A DNA stretch of 29,694 nucleotides from Moniliella sp. 'wahieum'. Lineage: Eukaryota. Numbering within the stretch: the first letter of the stretch is position 1; every line of letters begins with the position of its first letter. Under the pieces are notes generated by a model. The model saw only the letters and a program-made list of their open reading frames with translations, made no database searches and was not told where the DNA came from. The stretch is from positions 372,001 to 401,694 of the forward strand of contig RSEE01000062.1 of NCBI GenBank assembly GCA_003971905.1. Direction: 5' to 3'. Position numbers and translations under genes: made by a program. This document shows positions 1 to 11,390 of this stretch, piece after piece.

Positions 1-587
1 CGTTGGAGATTGACCTGACGTCCAACAAACCAACGCAACAAGTGTACGAGAAGATGATTTCGGGTTTGTACCTCGGCGAAATTTTCCGCCTCTGCATGGT
101 GGAGATGGTGGATGATGGTAAGCTGTTTGTAGGCCAGAATACATACAAGATCGAATCGTCCTTTGAGTTTTAACACTCCTTTCCTTTCCCTCATGGAGGC
201 CGACCCACCCCCGAGTTGCTCACCATCACCGGCCTTTTCATTCACTTTTTCGGCCTTGAAACCACCCTGGCTGAACGCCAGTTCTTCCGCAGCCTGGCCA
301 CCCTTATCTCGACCAGGTCGGCGCGCCTGTCGTCATGTGGCATTGCCGCTTTGGTAACCAAGATGGGGTATGAGGAAGAAGGATGTGGCGTGGGCGCGGA
401 CGGCAGCTTGTTCACCAAGTACCCGATTTCCCCAACCGCATTTCTCAAGGCCTCATCGACATTTTTGGGGAAGAAAAAGGCTCCAAAATCACTTTATGCC
501 AGGCGGAGGATGGCTCCGGAGTGGGCTCGGCTATCATTGCGGCCATGACCAAAAGCCGCAAGGACCAAGGCGTGTATCCCGATCTAG
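1..587 (+). CDS. HXK: Hexokinase, C-terminal part (5'-truncated by the window edge; frameshifted)
   Basis: Frame from nt 3 reads LEIDLTSNKPTQQVYEKMISGLYLGEIFR. Later segments read RSARLSSCGIAALV, GVGADGSLFTKYP and AEDGSGVGSAIIAAM, all hexokinase C-domain motifs. The stop is probably the TAG at about 585-587 after a 1-nt correction; otherwise the frame runs to 784. Confidence 0.93.
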
Positions 588-1033
588 TCCGCGTCACCTT
601 TTTAGTTTCCAAAAATACCATTCTCGTCTCTACATTCCCTTTGTCTCACCTTTCTTTCCATTCACGCGCCTCGAGTGCCCAGCGCGATGCAGTTGGCCAC
701 AACAGATCTGTTCGGTCTTTAACTACAAACATTGGACGATTCACCACTATACCGCGACACATCATATTGCCACAAACTGAATGAAGGTAAAGTGAACGTT
801 TCTGTCGCAAAAAAGTCACACTAGAGCAAGGAAAGGAGCACAAAAAGGTAGCCATCACTCTCTCTAGTACTGAACGACACATAGAGGCTAAAACAAAAGG
901 AGAGAGAGGTGTATATGCGAAGACACGGAGGGATCGTTCACGAAAAGCGACCGAGATGACAAACGGTGGGACGCGCAAAAAAGGCCTTGGTCAGCGAGTT
1001 TGAAATTTGACGCCGCAGTTCAGAGAGGACAAA

Positions 1034-1741
1034 TCAGTCGAAAGGAGTGCCCACCGACAGGGCCGGTAGGTTGTCAGGGGGGTTTGGCGGGCATGGGCTC
1101 GACGCGTACGACGCCAGTGTTGTTGTGCTTAGGGTTAACCCACGCGTATGGAGTGTCGCCATCGTAGTGCAATTCGATGTGTTGCGCAAGGGGAAGTAGT
1201 CCACGCCCCGCTTTCCCCTCTTGGAAGCGGAACCAAATGGGCAACTGGGACGAGTCGTCACTGTAAGAGCACTCGACAGGCGAGAAGCTGTCATCGTCGT
1301 TGTGTTGAAGGCAGTGGCCGGTACCACTGTGCTTGATGTGTCTGGGGAAAAGGAAAAAAGTCAGTCAAAAGCCATGCTCCCTCGCTGATTCTATGCATGC
1401 CCCAAACGTACCCCCAGTTTTCAAGAGGAGCGCCCATGCTGCCTCCTGCGTTGCGGCTGAAGTCGTCACTAAAGCCCATGTAATGCGAGCCGGGGCACTT
1501 TTCAAAGATGAACGAAACGCTGGAGGTGAGGGCGGCGTTGGCAGAGCTTGCCGCGATGGATGTGGACATGCACCTGGGGGTCGGTCGTGCTGTACTCGTC
1601 GCCAGTGGGGAAGAGGAGCAGGGGCGCGGTTTTCTGGGTGGTGCAGGTAAAGGTGTTTGCTGCAGGCGCGGCAAGCACCATGCTGGTGGCGGAGGCAGCG
1701 GCAAGCAGCACGAGAGCGGTGGCAGAGGCAGTGGATTTCAT
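1034..1741 (-). CDS. Small secreted Cys-containing protein (about 210 aa) of unknown function; one intron at 1342-1411
   Basis: Signal-peptide-like start MKSTASATALVLLAAASATSMVLA|AP. Intron GTACGT...CTGAC...CCCCAG joins ENWG|HIKHSGTGHCLQHNDDDSFSPVECSYSDDSSQLPIWFRF. It ends ...NLPALSVGTPFD* at 1034. Frameshift corrections are needed near 1550, 1205 and in the C-terminal part. Confidence 0.75.
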
Positions 1742-1828
1742 AGGTGCAGAGGTGGGGAGGGGTGGGAGAGAGAGTTATTGTGGGTGAGATGAGAGAGAAG
1801 AGCAGGGAATGAAGGTACTTGGATTGGC

Positions 1829-1835
1829 TTATATA
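1829..1835 (-). promoter_or_regulatory. TATA box of the secreted-protein gene
   Basis: TATATAA on the minus strand about 90 nt upstream of ATG 1741, followed by a CT-rich tract as is typical of fungal core promoters. Confidence 0.55.
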
Positions 1836-4680
1836 TCTCTCGCGCGGCAGGGGTAGTCAGGTGAGATCACCGGTCCACAGCCTCGAGGCTCCTTCCGGCG
1901 CGTCGGCGGTTGTTGGTGTGGCAGCCACCTACGCTGTTGTGTCTCCGGCGGTGATGCATGCATGATGCACTGTAGTATTCAGTTACTGCGCTAGTCAATA
2001 AGCATTGCGCAGCGGTCGATGAGTTCGCATGCCACATGGCACAGACCATCGACCAAGTGGCCTGTCACAGTCTGGCTCAAAATACGCCGCGGCTGGTGGG
2101 CGCGCGCGGCACCCCAGGGCACTCGCGCCTGGCGGTCGAGCAGGTCCGAGCATCGCCAAACTCCCCCCGCCTGCCCTGCTGAGGCGCTCAGCCTCCGCCT
2201 TTCGCCCCACTGTCGCCGCACCAGTGCCGCACAGCCGCCCCAGCCACCCCCCACACCGCTCACCGCCACGCATCACACGCCCCGGACTTCCGGGGTGCGC
2301 TCATCTGCTTGTTCTGTGTCATCGATCGCGCGATCACCGGCACCGGCATTCCACAGGCTGTGTTTACATCTTCCTCGGTTACCAACACAAGGCAACACAC
2401 CGTCCCGGCCTCCAGTACCCAGTTCGGATAGCACATATGATGCCAAGAACACTGCTGCCGAACCAGCCGATCGTCGATCAGGCGCTCGGGCCTCAAGACG
2501 GCTAGCCGTTGCAGGTTCTTATGGTTGCCATCCTGCTGCTCCGCTCGCGTAGTGGCGTGAGTAATTGTATTCGTCTTTGGGACTCCGAGCCCCCCTTTCC
2601 TAACATGACCTCTGCTCTGGAGGAGGGAAGGCTTGGCGAGAAGTCCTTGGGGCGTCGCGGAGCAGTTTGGTCAGGGCAAAACGCGCCAAGCATTCCATAC
2701 TTTTCCTTCTCCATTTTCCGTCGAGAAACTTCTGGCAAGTGGGGGGAGATCAAAGACCCCTGGCACCGTTCATGATACGCCGCTCCACCTTCCTCTCATC
2801 GCCGATATGTGGTAACGGAGCTGAAGCGCGCTGCAGCTTCCCGGTCGGTGTACGTGTGGTTTCATTTGCTGATGGTTCTGGCCATGGACATCAATGAAAG
2901 CACATGGCCCTCTTCAAGCTTCATTGACATCGAGAAGAATGCTAGTGTCGCGGCGTCTTTGGGTGGGCTACGTATGTTACAAAGGCTACTATCAATTCAC
3001 GGCCTGCGACGACTCAATCCAAAACAATTGATGGGTCTCCGCGGTATGTGGTGCTTCTCCGTCGGAGTTTTTGTGGTCGCTACGCATCCTCTCCGGAATT
3101 GGAGAAGGCAAAAAGCTCTGTAAGTGTGGACGTCCTCATGTGTCCGAGATGAAGACGAGGTGAGCGACAAAGAGTGACTAGGGGGGGGGGGGAAGAGGTA
3201 AGAGCGAGTAGGTCTACGCTAAGCGCTGATGTGACCACATCAACCCTGCAATCATGTGGTACTTCTTAACATTTGTGCAGTGGCCAGTGCAAAAGGGATG
3301 TGGACAAAGTCGTAATCGCATTTGGTTCATGCGCACAATGAAGAGAGAGAGGGCAGATGGTAATCTTGAGAGCTTCGTGCTTCGACGTTGCCATTTCCAC
3401 AGCCCCGCTTGTTGACTAACATTTTTGAACTCGGGGGGCTCCCTGGAGAAGATCAGCACACGCTACGTGCCCCAAAGCACATTCTATGTGATGTGGGGTG
3501 GGGCGAAGTCCCTCTTCGTTTTTTCTTCTTTGCCTCTCTCTTTGTTCAGCCGTTCACAGGGGGAGCGGGAAGATCAAACCGACCAAGTAGTCAGTACGAG
3601 TTCCTCCGAAGTCCCTCGTTTCTCCTTTTCTTTCCAAGACACAGCAGACTCATCGTGGATGCGGCGAACTACTACTGATCGTGCTCATCCAGTAAAACTC
3701 AGCCTGTGGCGATGAAGAAACGTCCCTTTTGTCTGTTTCGAAGGGTGCTTTCCGAATTTTGGCCTTCAGACTCCCAGAAGGCTTTTAACGAATCAGTATA
3801 GTCTCAGCTGAACTACAAAGCGGCGGCTCTCCTTGTGTGCCCCCCTGTTCAGGATCACTTTCATTCGCTTCCCTGTATGTGTTTCGGTCCTGTCGCATGG
3901 CCTCGGCCTCTCACACAGCCCCAAAGGGGAGAGGGCGCCGGTGGCTACAGTCTGACGTTCCCGTAAACGCATGGGTGCATATGTGTATAGTGATGTTGTG
4001 GAGAGAAGGGTGGCATCAGTGGCAAGGCCAAAAAAAACTGGCGTTTGGGTATGGTATGGAAGAGTGGACCCAATATACTCTGTCCCGATTCGTCAGTCGA
4101 GTTGTGGTTATTGCGAGGCATGTGGCATGCGAGCGACACCCGAGACCCCGTGTATCACATGTCACAGGAGATCACGCATCATGGATAGCTATGAGAGCAA
4201 CCTCGTAACTGGTATCGCGTCGTGCAGCTAGGGTTCCTAGGTAGCTAGGATAACTAATCAGGATTCCTGTCAATTTCAAATTCAGGCCCACCCGTGGAGA
4301 TGTGAGTGCTTGTCTGCGCACGCGGCAAGAGGCGGCGGACCACCGACCGGGAGGGAATTAGGGCTAGAGATCGGACACTGCCCACCTGCGATGGGCGGAA
4401 TGGGCGCCAAGGCGAGGGGCACGCGATAGTGGGCCTGTGCCGTGGGCGCCCGCCAGCGCCTCAGCCTCCTGTGTGTTCCGATGTCTCCCGGTACCTGCGT
4501 TGGACTGCGGGGTAGACAGACAGGGCAGGGTAACCAGCCTGCGGGAGCGGCTGGCCAGCTGGACAGAGCCTGCGCCCGGCCAGGGCGTTCGGTCTGCGAC
4601 AGTCCGCTCGGCCCAGCCGGGCCACCCAATCAACACTCTTCTCTCCACCGCCAACCACCACCTGTGCCAAGTCACGCACG

Positions 4681-6330
4681 ATGCCAGACTGTGTCGCCTC
4701 CATCGATGCTGGCACACGTCGGTGCGGTGCATCATCTTCGACCAGTATGCCAACATCCTCGCCACCGACCAGGTCGAGTTCACCCAGCTCTACCCTTTCC
4801 CCGGGTGGCAGGAGCAGGACCCCGACGAGCTGGTCGACAAGAGTCAAAAGGTCGTTGCGAACGCTGTGCCCAACTGGCCATCCAGAACGCAAAGACGGGC
4901 ATCCAGTATACCGTCCGTGCCGTTGGCATCACCAACCACGTGAGACAACGCTGGTGTGGGACCGTCGTACGGGCAGGCCATTGTACATGCATTGCCTGGC
5001 CCGACGTGCGCACGCTGCTACGGTCCACGAGCTGAGCAAGCTCGACCTCAGTGGGGTCGACGTGCTCAAGGAAGCTACTGGGCCTGCCGCTCAGCACTTA
5101 CTTCAGTGTGTCAAGCTACGTGGATGCTCGACCACCTGCTGAAGTGCGCGAAGTGCACGATGCCGGCATCTCATTTGGCCAGTCGACCACCTGGCTTGTT
5201 TACAACTTTACCGCGGCAAGTCGGGCCCGAATGGGGGCTTGCACGTCACCGACTGTTCCAACGCAAGTCGCACGATGTTGATGGACATCCACAAGCAGGC
5301 TTGGGACCAGGACCTGTGTGACTTTTTGGTGTTGAGATGAACTGTCTCCCCGAGATTCGCTCCTCGTCGGAAGGTGTACGGCCACTTTAAAGGAGGCGCC
5401 TTGATGGTCTCCCATCGCTGGCATCTTGGGTGACCAACAGGCAGCCCTGGTAGGCAACAAGTGCTTCACCCCTGGCGAGGCCAAGAACACCTACGGGACT
5501 GGTGCCTTCTTGCTCTACCATACGGGTGAGCAAGTTGTCGACAGTGACAATGGCCTGCTTTCGACCATTGCGTACCAGGCAGGTCCGAATGCGCCTGTCT
5601 ACTACTCGCTGGAGGGTTCGGTCGCTGTGGCCGGATCGGCAATCAAGTGGGTCCGTGACCAGCTCGGTCTGATTCAACACACGTCCGAGATTGGCCCCTT
5701 GGCCGCGCAGGTGGAAGACTCGGGAGGCGTGTACTTTGTCACTGCCTTCTCTGGTCTGTTCTGCCCCTACTGGGACGACACGGCGGCGGGAACGATTGTT
5801 GTGCGTACTCACCCTTGCTGGCGAAGCCAAGCGAGGAGACTGACTTGTGCTTGTACGTAGGGCATTACGCAGTACACCGATCGGCGTCACTTTTGCCGGG
5901 CTACGATCGAGGCCACGTGCTACCAAACGCGTGCGATCCTCGAGGCCATGGCGCTGGACAGTGGAATTCGCCTCAAGTCGCTCGTAGTCGATGGCGGCAT
6001 GACCAACAGTGACGAAGCGATGCAAATCCAGGCGGACTGCTCGGGATCGCGATTGAGCGCCCGCAGATGCGTGAGTCCACGGCTTTGGGATCAGCCCTGA
6101 TGGCTGGCTCGGCGTTGGGTCTGTGGGGGTGGGACCTGAGCAAACCCGAGACGCTGAAAGAGGTCAATACCAAGGGCAGGCATACGTTTGAGCCCATCAT
6201 CTCAAACGAGGTCCGTGCTGCGGGTGTCTTGGGCTGGGAACGGGCAGTGGAGCGTGCTCGTGGCTGGAGGCGTGAGGAGATTGAGCAAGAGGAAGAGATT
6301 GACCAGCTTTTGCGCGAGGGGGTCATCTAA
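4681..6330 (+). CDS. GUT1: Glycerol kinase (FGGY family); intron 5801-5860; several frameshifts
   Basis: Motifs VASIDAGT(T)[21 protein letters not shown](Q)[62 protein letters not shown] and ESTALGSA. Intron GTGCGT...ACTGAC...TAG restores TIV|GITQYT. Confidence 0.95.
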
Positions 6331-6624
6331 GATGTCATCTCGGCCCTCCCCTTAACATGGATGCCCGCCCGTCAAAGGGGCAAAACCAGGCTCCAGGTGG
6401 TCCAAGATCTCTCCTTCATCTTTTTTGTCCTCGTTATTCATCTTCATCATCAAAAACCACTCGCAGGGTTTGTATTGTGGGAAGGATGTGAGAAGGATCA
6501 ATTTGAATGGGAAACTGAGTACACTGAGTCACGCCGAGTCGAGCGAGAGATGAACGAGATAAGCTTCAAGACGCATGCGTTTCTTCGAAGGAACTGATTA
6601 TGTACACCGCTCACCAAGCAAGTA

Positions 6625-6724
6625 GCTTCGTTGGCGCAGTTGGCTAGCGCGCAGGTCTCATACATTTGTATGAGTGGAAAGCCACGTCATCCTGAGGTCG
6701 CCAGTTCGAGCCTGGCACGAAGCA
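6625..6724 (+). tRNA. tRNA-Met(CAT), elongator type, with 26-nt intron (6663-6688)
   Basis: Acceptor stem GCTTCGT/ACGAAGC with discriminator A, D arm GCGC..GCGC, anticodon loop CT-CAT-A, intron after position 37, T loop TTCGAGC. A U31:U39 pair and T54 are typical of the elongator. TTCTTTT follows as a Pol III terminator. Confidence 0.93.
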
Positions 6725-7574
6725 TTCTTTTGGGGGCATTTGTTCCACTTGTATATATTCGTTTCACAAGTGCAACACCTGTGCTCCCACAAGTGAACGA
6801 ATCTCCGAGCCTCCTATCCTAACCCGATTCTGAAAGTGCCTACATACTGCGAGCCTCAGACTGCGACCACCAAGGGCAGGGTGGTAAGGCCAAGGGTGCG
6901 GCAGGCGTAACATGTAACACTGGTGTAACCGCGTTTGAACCCCTGGGAAAGGCTGAGAGTAGTGAGGCGGTGGCAAACGGCGTGAGCGCGCAAGCCTGCG
7001 TGCTCTAGGGTTCGCTCAGTACGGTAACCAAACCGGCAGCCCTTCAAGCTTTATGCATCTTGTTGGAACAGCACATTTCAGGGATGGGTGATCCATGCTT
7101 CCGAAAGCCAACAACCCCCGCAAATTGTTCAGGAGGAAGGGGGCAGGAGGCCAGAGGGGGCTAGGTAGCTAGTCCCTGGTGCATGGCGTCAGAGCAGAGC
7201 AGACATAGGCGCAGTGGGGGGGAGGGATCCGGGTTTGGCCAGACGTTGGCTCGTGCCGACCAGTTACTCAGTACGAGCGAGACTCGAGACTCAGCCAGAA
7301 GGCAACGCGAGTCCTTGCGGGCTCTGAGTTTGAACGTTCAGTTGAACGTTGATAGTTGGCTGCTTGACTTAACACCAGTGCGCTGGTGGGCAACCGGCTG
7401 CACCACGCCGCAACAGCCCAGGAGGGACTGCGGCGCAGGCCACTGCAGCAGCTCGCGAATGGCCAGCCTCCGCTTGCCACTTGGTCATTGGTCACATGCA
7501 ACCTGTCGCCGCGCCCCGTCACTAGTCACTCGTCTCCACCACCACCCTCTATCTGTTGTGCTCCCCCCTCCACC

Positions 7575-8922
7575 ATGTCCAGCGTCTTGCCCCCAGCCGC
7601 TGACGAGGTCATCAAGGTCCTCGCGTCGGACGGCAAGTCTGGTGAGCCTACCGAGATTGGCTACCATTCATGCAAGCTCATCGGCAACGGCTCCTTCGGT
7701 GTCGTCTTCCAGGCCAAGCGTATCTGGCATGGAGCCCAAGGCTGGTCCTGACGATCACAACGAGATTGCCATCAAGAAGGTCCTCCAGGACAAGCGCTTC
7801 AAGAACCGTGAGCTCCAGATCATGCGCATCATTGACCACCCCAACGTGTGTGCATTGCGTGCTTTTTCTACTCGAATGGAAGCAAGGTATGTACTTTCGT
7901 GGCTATGTTTTTGGCTGCGTCTGCTTTGCGTTCATCTAACCCCCCCTAACCCCCACCCCGTCTCCACACATATCCTCATTTCCATCCCTGACAGAAGGAT
8001 GAAGTGTATTTGAATCTAGTGATGGAGTATGTGCCCGAAACCATTTACTGGTCGTTGCGCAACTATGTCAAGGCCAAGCAGAACATGCCGCCCATCCTCA
8101 TCAAACTCTACATGTACCAGCTCTTCCGCTCTCTGGCCTACATTCATTCGATTGGCATTGCCATCGGGACATTAAGCCGCAGAACTTGCTGTTCAATGCT
8201 CAGGCAGGCGTGCTCAAGCTCTGTGATTTCGGCTCAGCCAAGATCCTCGTACCGGGCGAGCCCAACGTGTCGTACATTTGCTCCGGTACTACCGCGCTCC
8301 CGAGCTCATCTTGGTGCTACAATTACACGACTAGCATCGGTACGTCCCCTGCCATGTCTGTTCTATTGGGCGCTAACCTCCTTCGCCTGCTACAGACATT
8401 TGGTCGGCTGGATGTGTCATGGCGGAGCTGATGCAGGGCCACCCCTTTCCCAGGTGAGAGTGGAATTGCCAACTGGTCGAGATCATCAAGATCCTTGGCA
8501 CACCGACACGAGAGCAAATCAAGCAAATGAACAAGAATTACATGGAGCACAAGTCCCTCAGATTCGCCACATCCGTTAACAAGGTCTTCCGTCCCCGCAC
8601 CGATCCCGACGCCATTGATCTGATCTCTCATTTGTTGGACTACACTCCTACCGCTCGGTTGACCGCGATTGAAGCGCTGGCTCACCGATACTTTGATGAA
8701 CTGCGCCAACCTCCGCCTGAGGGGCAAGCGTCCCACTTGCTCCCCAATGGCCGGCCGTTCCCGGAGCTGTTTGACTTTACACGCGAGGAGCTCTCCGTTT
8801 CTCCCGACTTGATTCCCAAACTCGTCCCTGCCCATGCAGAGGCGACTCTCAGGGCGCGGGGGATCGACGTGCACAACTTTAAGCCCATCCCGCCCGAAAG
8901 CTTACGCGCGTCATTGGATTAA
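7575..8922 (+). CDS. GSK3: Glycogen synthase kinase 3 family (CMGC) Ser/Thr kinase; introns 7887-7994 and 8340-8395
   Basis: [47 protein letters not shown], (C)[28 protein letters not shown](R)YYRAPEL and TSID|IWS. Both introns have canonical GT..CTAAC..AG signals. Several 1-nt deletions. Confidence 0.96.
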
Positions 8923-9097
8923 CATAGTGCGCGGCGCCACCTCCCAGTTTCGTTCGGGGAACTGGCACCTTGGCTTGCTCCTGTTGACTGGGCAACACAT
9001 GTGTCGCCTTGTACCCATGTCGCTCCCTGCCATTTTCCTCTTCACCTGCTCGCCCCAACGTTGGACAATGCTTGTCGACTGTATTGTGGCACCGTGT

Positions 9098-10052
9098 TTA
9101 GAGGCATGGCGCTGTGGCGTATGATCGTTTTTGAGCTACGCGTCGCTCCTCCTTCCTCACGGTCTCCTGCGCCTTCCTGAATGCTTGGCCGATTCGACGG
9201 GAAGCCTGGGGCCTACAGCACCCGTCCTTCATGTACCAGCTGCAAGCTTCCTTCCCTGTTCGTCACACCCACTAGTAGTTCTTTGCTTCGACATCTGTTC
9301 CCCTTTCCAATGCCACCCTCACCAGCCCATTGTACCATGTACGAGATCCAGGCTGCGCTGCCTGCAATGGCCTCTTTTGCCTACAGAGCGGTAACAACTT
9401 GGTATTCTCCAGGGCGAGAGCCTCACCTGCTAGGATGAGGATCCCACTGGAGCTCCCACTTCAGACTGCACAACATATGGGCAAGAGCTGTCCTTAGAGA
9501 GGCCTGCCTGCAATCGCACCATCCGCCCGGCGCCAACGTTCAAATCATCAACACAGTAGATTGCAAATAGAGATATGGCTTCAAGGACTGAGGTTTGGGC
9601 AGCGTCTCGTTGCGCTCGTCATTACAGACGTCCCGACTGGATGTCTTCCACATTCTTCTTCCAGTGCGAGAAGAGATCGAGACTGGGAAACGATTCGAGG
9701 GGTTTAGTTTCCACTGTCGCACATTGGCACGGAGTGAAACGTACGCTTTCTTTGTTCCGTCGTTGGTCGACTCACTCGCGGCCTGTTCAGCCTGGAAAAT
9801 ATCCAAGGCGTCCGTAATCGCGCTGTGCAGACGCATCAGCACCTGTTCCAACTCATACGGGTTCTCTAGCGCCGTTGCAATCGTGGCACCATGGGGGCCT
9901 TGCGCGCCGCCGCCTCAGGGTCGGCAGTCAAGCCCGACTCGGGAAACCCCCAGCCGGATTCAGGGCGGACACGCCCGGGCCCCGGTTGGTTTCACCCAAT
10001 CTTCGGCCGTGGAATCAGGGAACTTGCTCTCCGTTTCGGCGTGCCAGGACAT
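9098..10052 (-). CDS. Probable hypothetical protein (reconstructed across frameshifts; boundaries uncertain)
   Basis: Protein-like segments in successive frames: MSWHAETESKFPDSTAEDWVKP..., FPESGLTADPEAAARKA, ATIATALENPYELEQVLMRLHSAITDALDIFQAEQ..., FPSLDLFSHWKKNVEDIQSG, ...SRRIGQAFRKAQETVRKEERR. No family recognised. Confidence 0.45.
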
Positions 10053-10452
10053 GGTGTACAGAGGAAGGTGGGGGCACGGAAAGGAAACGACAAGACCCGG
10101 GGGAGGGGCAACAAGCAAGGTCAAGAAGCGGGAAAGAACGAACCGGGGCTTTCTCCGGGCTTGGTGCTGGGTGCTGGGGTGCTTGCTTGCCGGCTCACAC
10201 TCCTGCCTGGCTAACAACTGGCCCGTGCGCCCTTGGCAGTGCCCGCTTTCGCGTCTATGACGTCAGCTGACCAATTCTCGATTATCGATTGCCTGTCTGG
10301 GATTCTTGAGCTTCTGAATCTGAGTTCTATGGCCTCCTATAGCCTCTGTGCTTGGTGCTGACCGCCTCTCCACACCAAGACCTCGGATGGGGAACACGGC
10401 ATCGTGGCTCCGATACATGGTCAATAGGGGGGAGGGGAGGCATTTGAGCGTT

Positions 10453-11390
10453 TTACGACAGGGTGGCGCCAGCAAACGTGGCCGTGTATACAGGTCCCTT
10501 GTCGCTGCGGAGGATGCGAACCGTAGGCTCGGCACTGGCTGGGTCCTCGTCGGGCCCAATCCCCTTCCAGGCGCAGATCTTATCGCTGGTGGTGAGATAG
10601 TGGGGCTGGATCGACTCGAAAATCTTCTTTTGGGGTTGAGCTGGGCTTCGGGGGGCAGGCCTTGGTACCCCTCGACATACACCCGGTCGCCAGGGACGGA
10701 GCCTGGGGGAGGAAGGACAGGTTCTACCCCCTCCTCCGGCCCGGTTTGGGAGCTGGCACACAATAGCATCCCATAACTCTTGATCCCGCGCATCGACACT
10801 GGCTTGAGGTTGCAAATCCCGACCACCATCCGATCCTTCAGCGCTTCAATCGGGACGTACTTGACCAGCCCACTGAGTACAGTGCGCGGCTCTTCTTCGC
10901 CAAAGTCAATCGTCTCCAAGTAGAGCGAGTCGGCGTTTGGGTGGCGTTGGATGTCGACAATTTTGCCCACACGAAGATCGATAGAGGAAGGGAGAGGGCG
11001 GAGCGGTGTAGCGGGTGGCTTGGCAGCCTTTTTCTTTTTCTTTTCCGTTTGTTGTTGTCCTTGGGCCAGAGCAGAAGAAGCGCCGGGGTTGGACGTAGGG
11101 TCTGTGTCCCTTGGGTCCTTCTGATCGAGGCGGGAGGAGGTGGGGACATCCAGGGCCTCGTTGGTCGGGCGTGTGCTGGGGGTCAGGCGAAGGAGGGAGG
11201 ACGGACGCGGGGTGGGAGGAGCTGAAGAAGAGCATGCAGGCGACTGGAATGGGACGGGGGCAACGGAAGGCAGTGGGCGGCGCATGGGGGCAGAGAGCCA
11301 CGGTCGAGAGGGGGGTGCGAGCAGGGCGGGCATGGCACTCCACCCACCAATTGCCACACGCATCCCAGCCCGGGGCAGCGGGAAGAGCAT
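10453..11390 (-). CDS. tRNA-binding OB-fold protein (Arc1p C-domain / EMAP-II / Trbp111-like), no GST domain
   Basis: PSSIDLRVGKIVDIQRHPNADSLYLETIDFGEEEPRTVLSGLVKY...CNLKPVSMRGIKSYGMLLCAS...VEPVLPPPGSVPGDRV...QLNP(K)KKIFESIQP. One missing base in the T-run at about 10628-10631. Stop at 10453. Alternative starts at 11363, 11333 and 11285. Confidence 0.88.

Noticed and set aside
6780..7100. Structured ncRNA (telomerase, RNase P/MRP) downstream of tRNA-Met
   Set aside because: Only a partial CCTAACCC match; no complete template or conserved core motifs seen.
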